Of a DNA stretch of 32,000 nt, positions 31,454 to 32,000 are shown piece after piece (within the stretch, counting starts at the first letter, position 1; every line of letters starts with the position of its first letter). Both the position numbers and the translations under genes were made by a program. The notes under the pieces are model-generated. The model was not told the origin of the DNA. It did not search any database and was given only the letters and a program-made list of their open reading frames with translations. The stretch lies in sequence record SDGA01000013.1. One strand, given 5' to 3'.

Positions 31454-31654
31454 ATGAGAGAGAGTATAAGGATATGGGTAATAATGGAGGTAATAGGAGT
31501 AATAGCATCAGGAGTAAAAGGGATAGATGTAGGTAGGAGAATGATAAGACATATGAAAGAAGGAATGGAGAATATAAGGAAGGATTATAGTAAAGAGGAA
31601 ATAATGGTAGAGTTGATAAAAGGAGTGTATGTAGGAATGGTGAGTGTGATGTAA
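31454..31654 (+). CDS. orf66, copy 2 of orf67
   Basis: Same ORF with an in-frame difference (GKGMMIRH vs GRRMIRH). The H-x3-G-x6-DY motif is retained. Confidence 0.4.
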   Translation: MRESIRIWVIMEVIGVIASGVKGIDVGRRMIRHMKEGMENIRKDYSKEEIMVELIKGVYVGMVSVM

Positions 31655-31661
31655 AGGAAGA

Positions 31662-32000
31662 GTAGAGTAAAGAGAGGTGGTTATGAGCAAGCAAAGCAGG
31701 GACGCAGTAATCAGGGTATAAACACATGCAAGTAGGAGAGCGTACGGGTGAGTAAAGAGGTGTGAAAGAAGTCGAGAAAGAGGAAAGCACAAATGTGAGT
31801 AGAAATGGGAAGAAAAAAGCCAGTAAGGAGAGCAAAGCGAGAATCTGAGAGGAGGAAAGCCACATTGGCACTGAGAAAAGGGCCAAACAAGAAATGTCAG
31901 CAGTGGGGAAAATTGGGCAATGTGCAGGAAAACATGACCACAGCAATAGAAAGTGGGAGAGTTTAGAGAAGGAGATAAAAAGAAGGAGTAAAGAGGAAGT
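31662..32000 (+). rRNA. rns: Small-subunit rRNA 5' part, copy 2 (cut by the window end, many indels)
   Basis: acacatgcaagtaggagagcgtacgggtgagtaaag recurs at about 31722. Confidence 0.85.

Overview
This window is not a prokaryotic locus. It is about 1.42 head-to-tail units of a small, intron-less mitochondrial genome, roughly 22,564 bp per unit (atp6 at 1783 recurs at 24347). Positions 1-9447 recur at 22554-32000. One strand is almost free of C: many 60-nt lines have none, and G exceeds C everywhere I looked, including under the only minus-strand gene, cob. Gene order in one unit: trnM(CAU) - cox1 - C-free purine spacer - trnY - ccmF - atp6 - atp8 - nad5 - nad4 - nad2 - nad1 - nad3 - trnE - trnfM - atp9 - orf67 (possible sdh4) - rns - nad4L - ccmC - rnl - repeat-rich NCR1 - orf80 - nad6 - cob(-) - cox2 - cox3 - orf175 (possible atp4) - repeat-rich NCR2 (holds trnW and a candidate rrn5) - back to trnM. 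The code is standard: TGA is a stop, Trp is TGG with trnW(CCA), ATA is Ile, AGR is Arg. I saw no ribosomal-protein genes. By eye I found only 5 tRNAs and short rRNAs. Genes are packed with ATGA/TAATG stop-start overlaps. From memory, the gene content, size and extreme skew best fit a Cyanidiophyceae (Galdieria-like) red-algal mtDNA; that needs a database search. The two copies of the overlap differ almost only by 1-nt indels, clustered at the window ends (1-1.8 kb and 27.7-32 kb). There they break ccmF (copy 1) and nad4, nad2, nad1, nad3, atp9 and trnfM (copy 2). This looks like unpolished long-read overhang of a circular or concatemeric molecule rather than real pseudogenes. The most interesting unexplained structure is in the two noncoding regions: a 58-bp tandem array, 47/137-bp composite arrays, a 191-bp tandem array with an A6-CGCA-T6 palindrome, eight iteron-like 16-mers, identical 197-bp direct repeats 5.1 kb apart, a 15-bp GC-rich hairpin, and an acceptor/T-arm minihelix.
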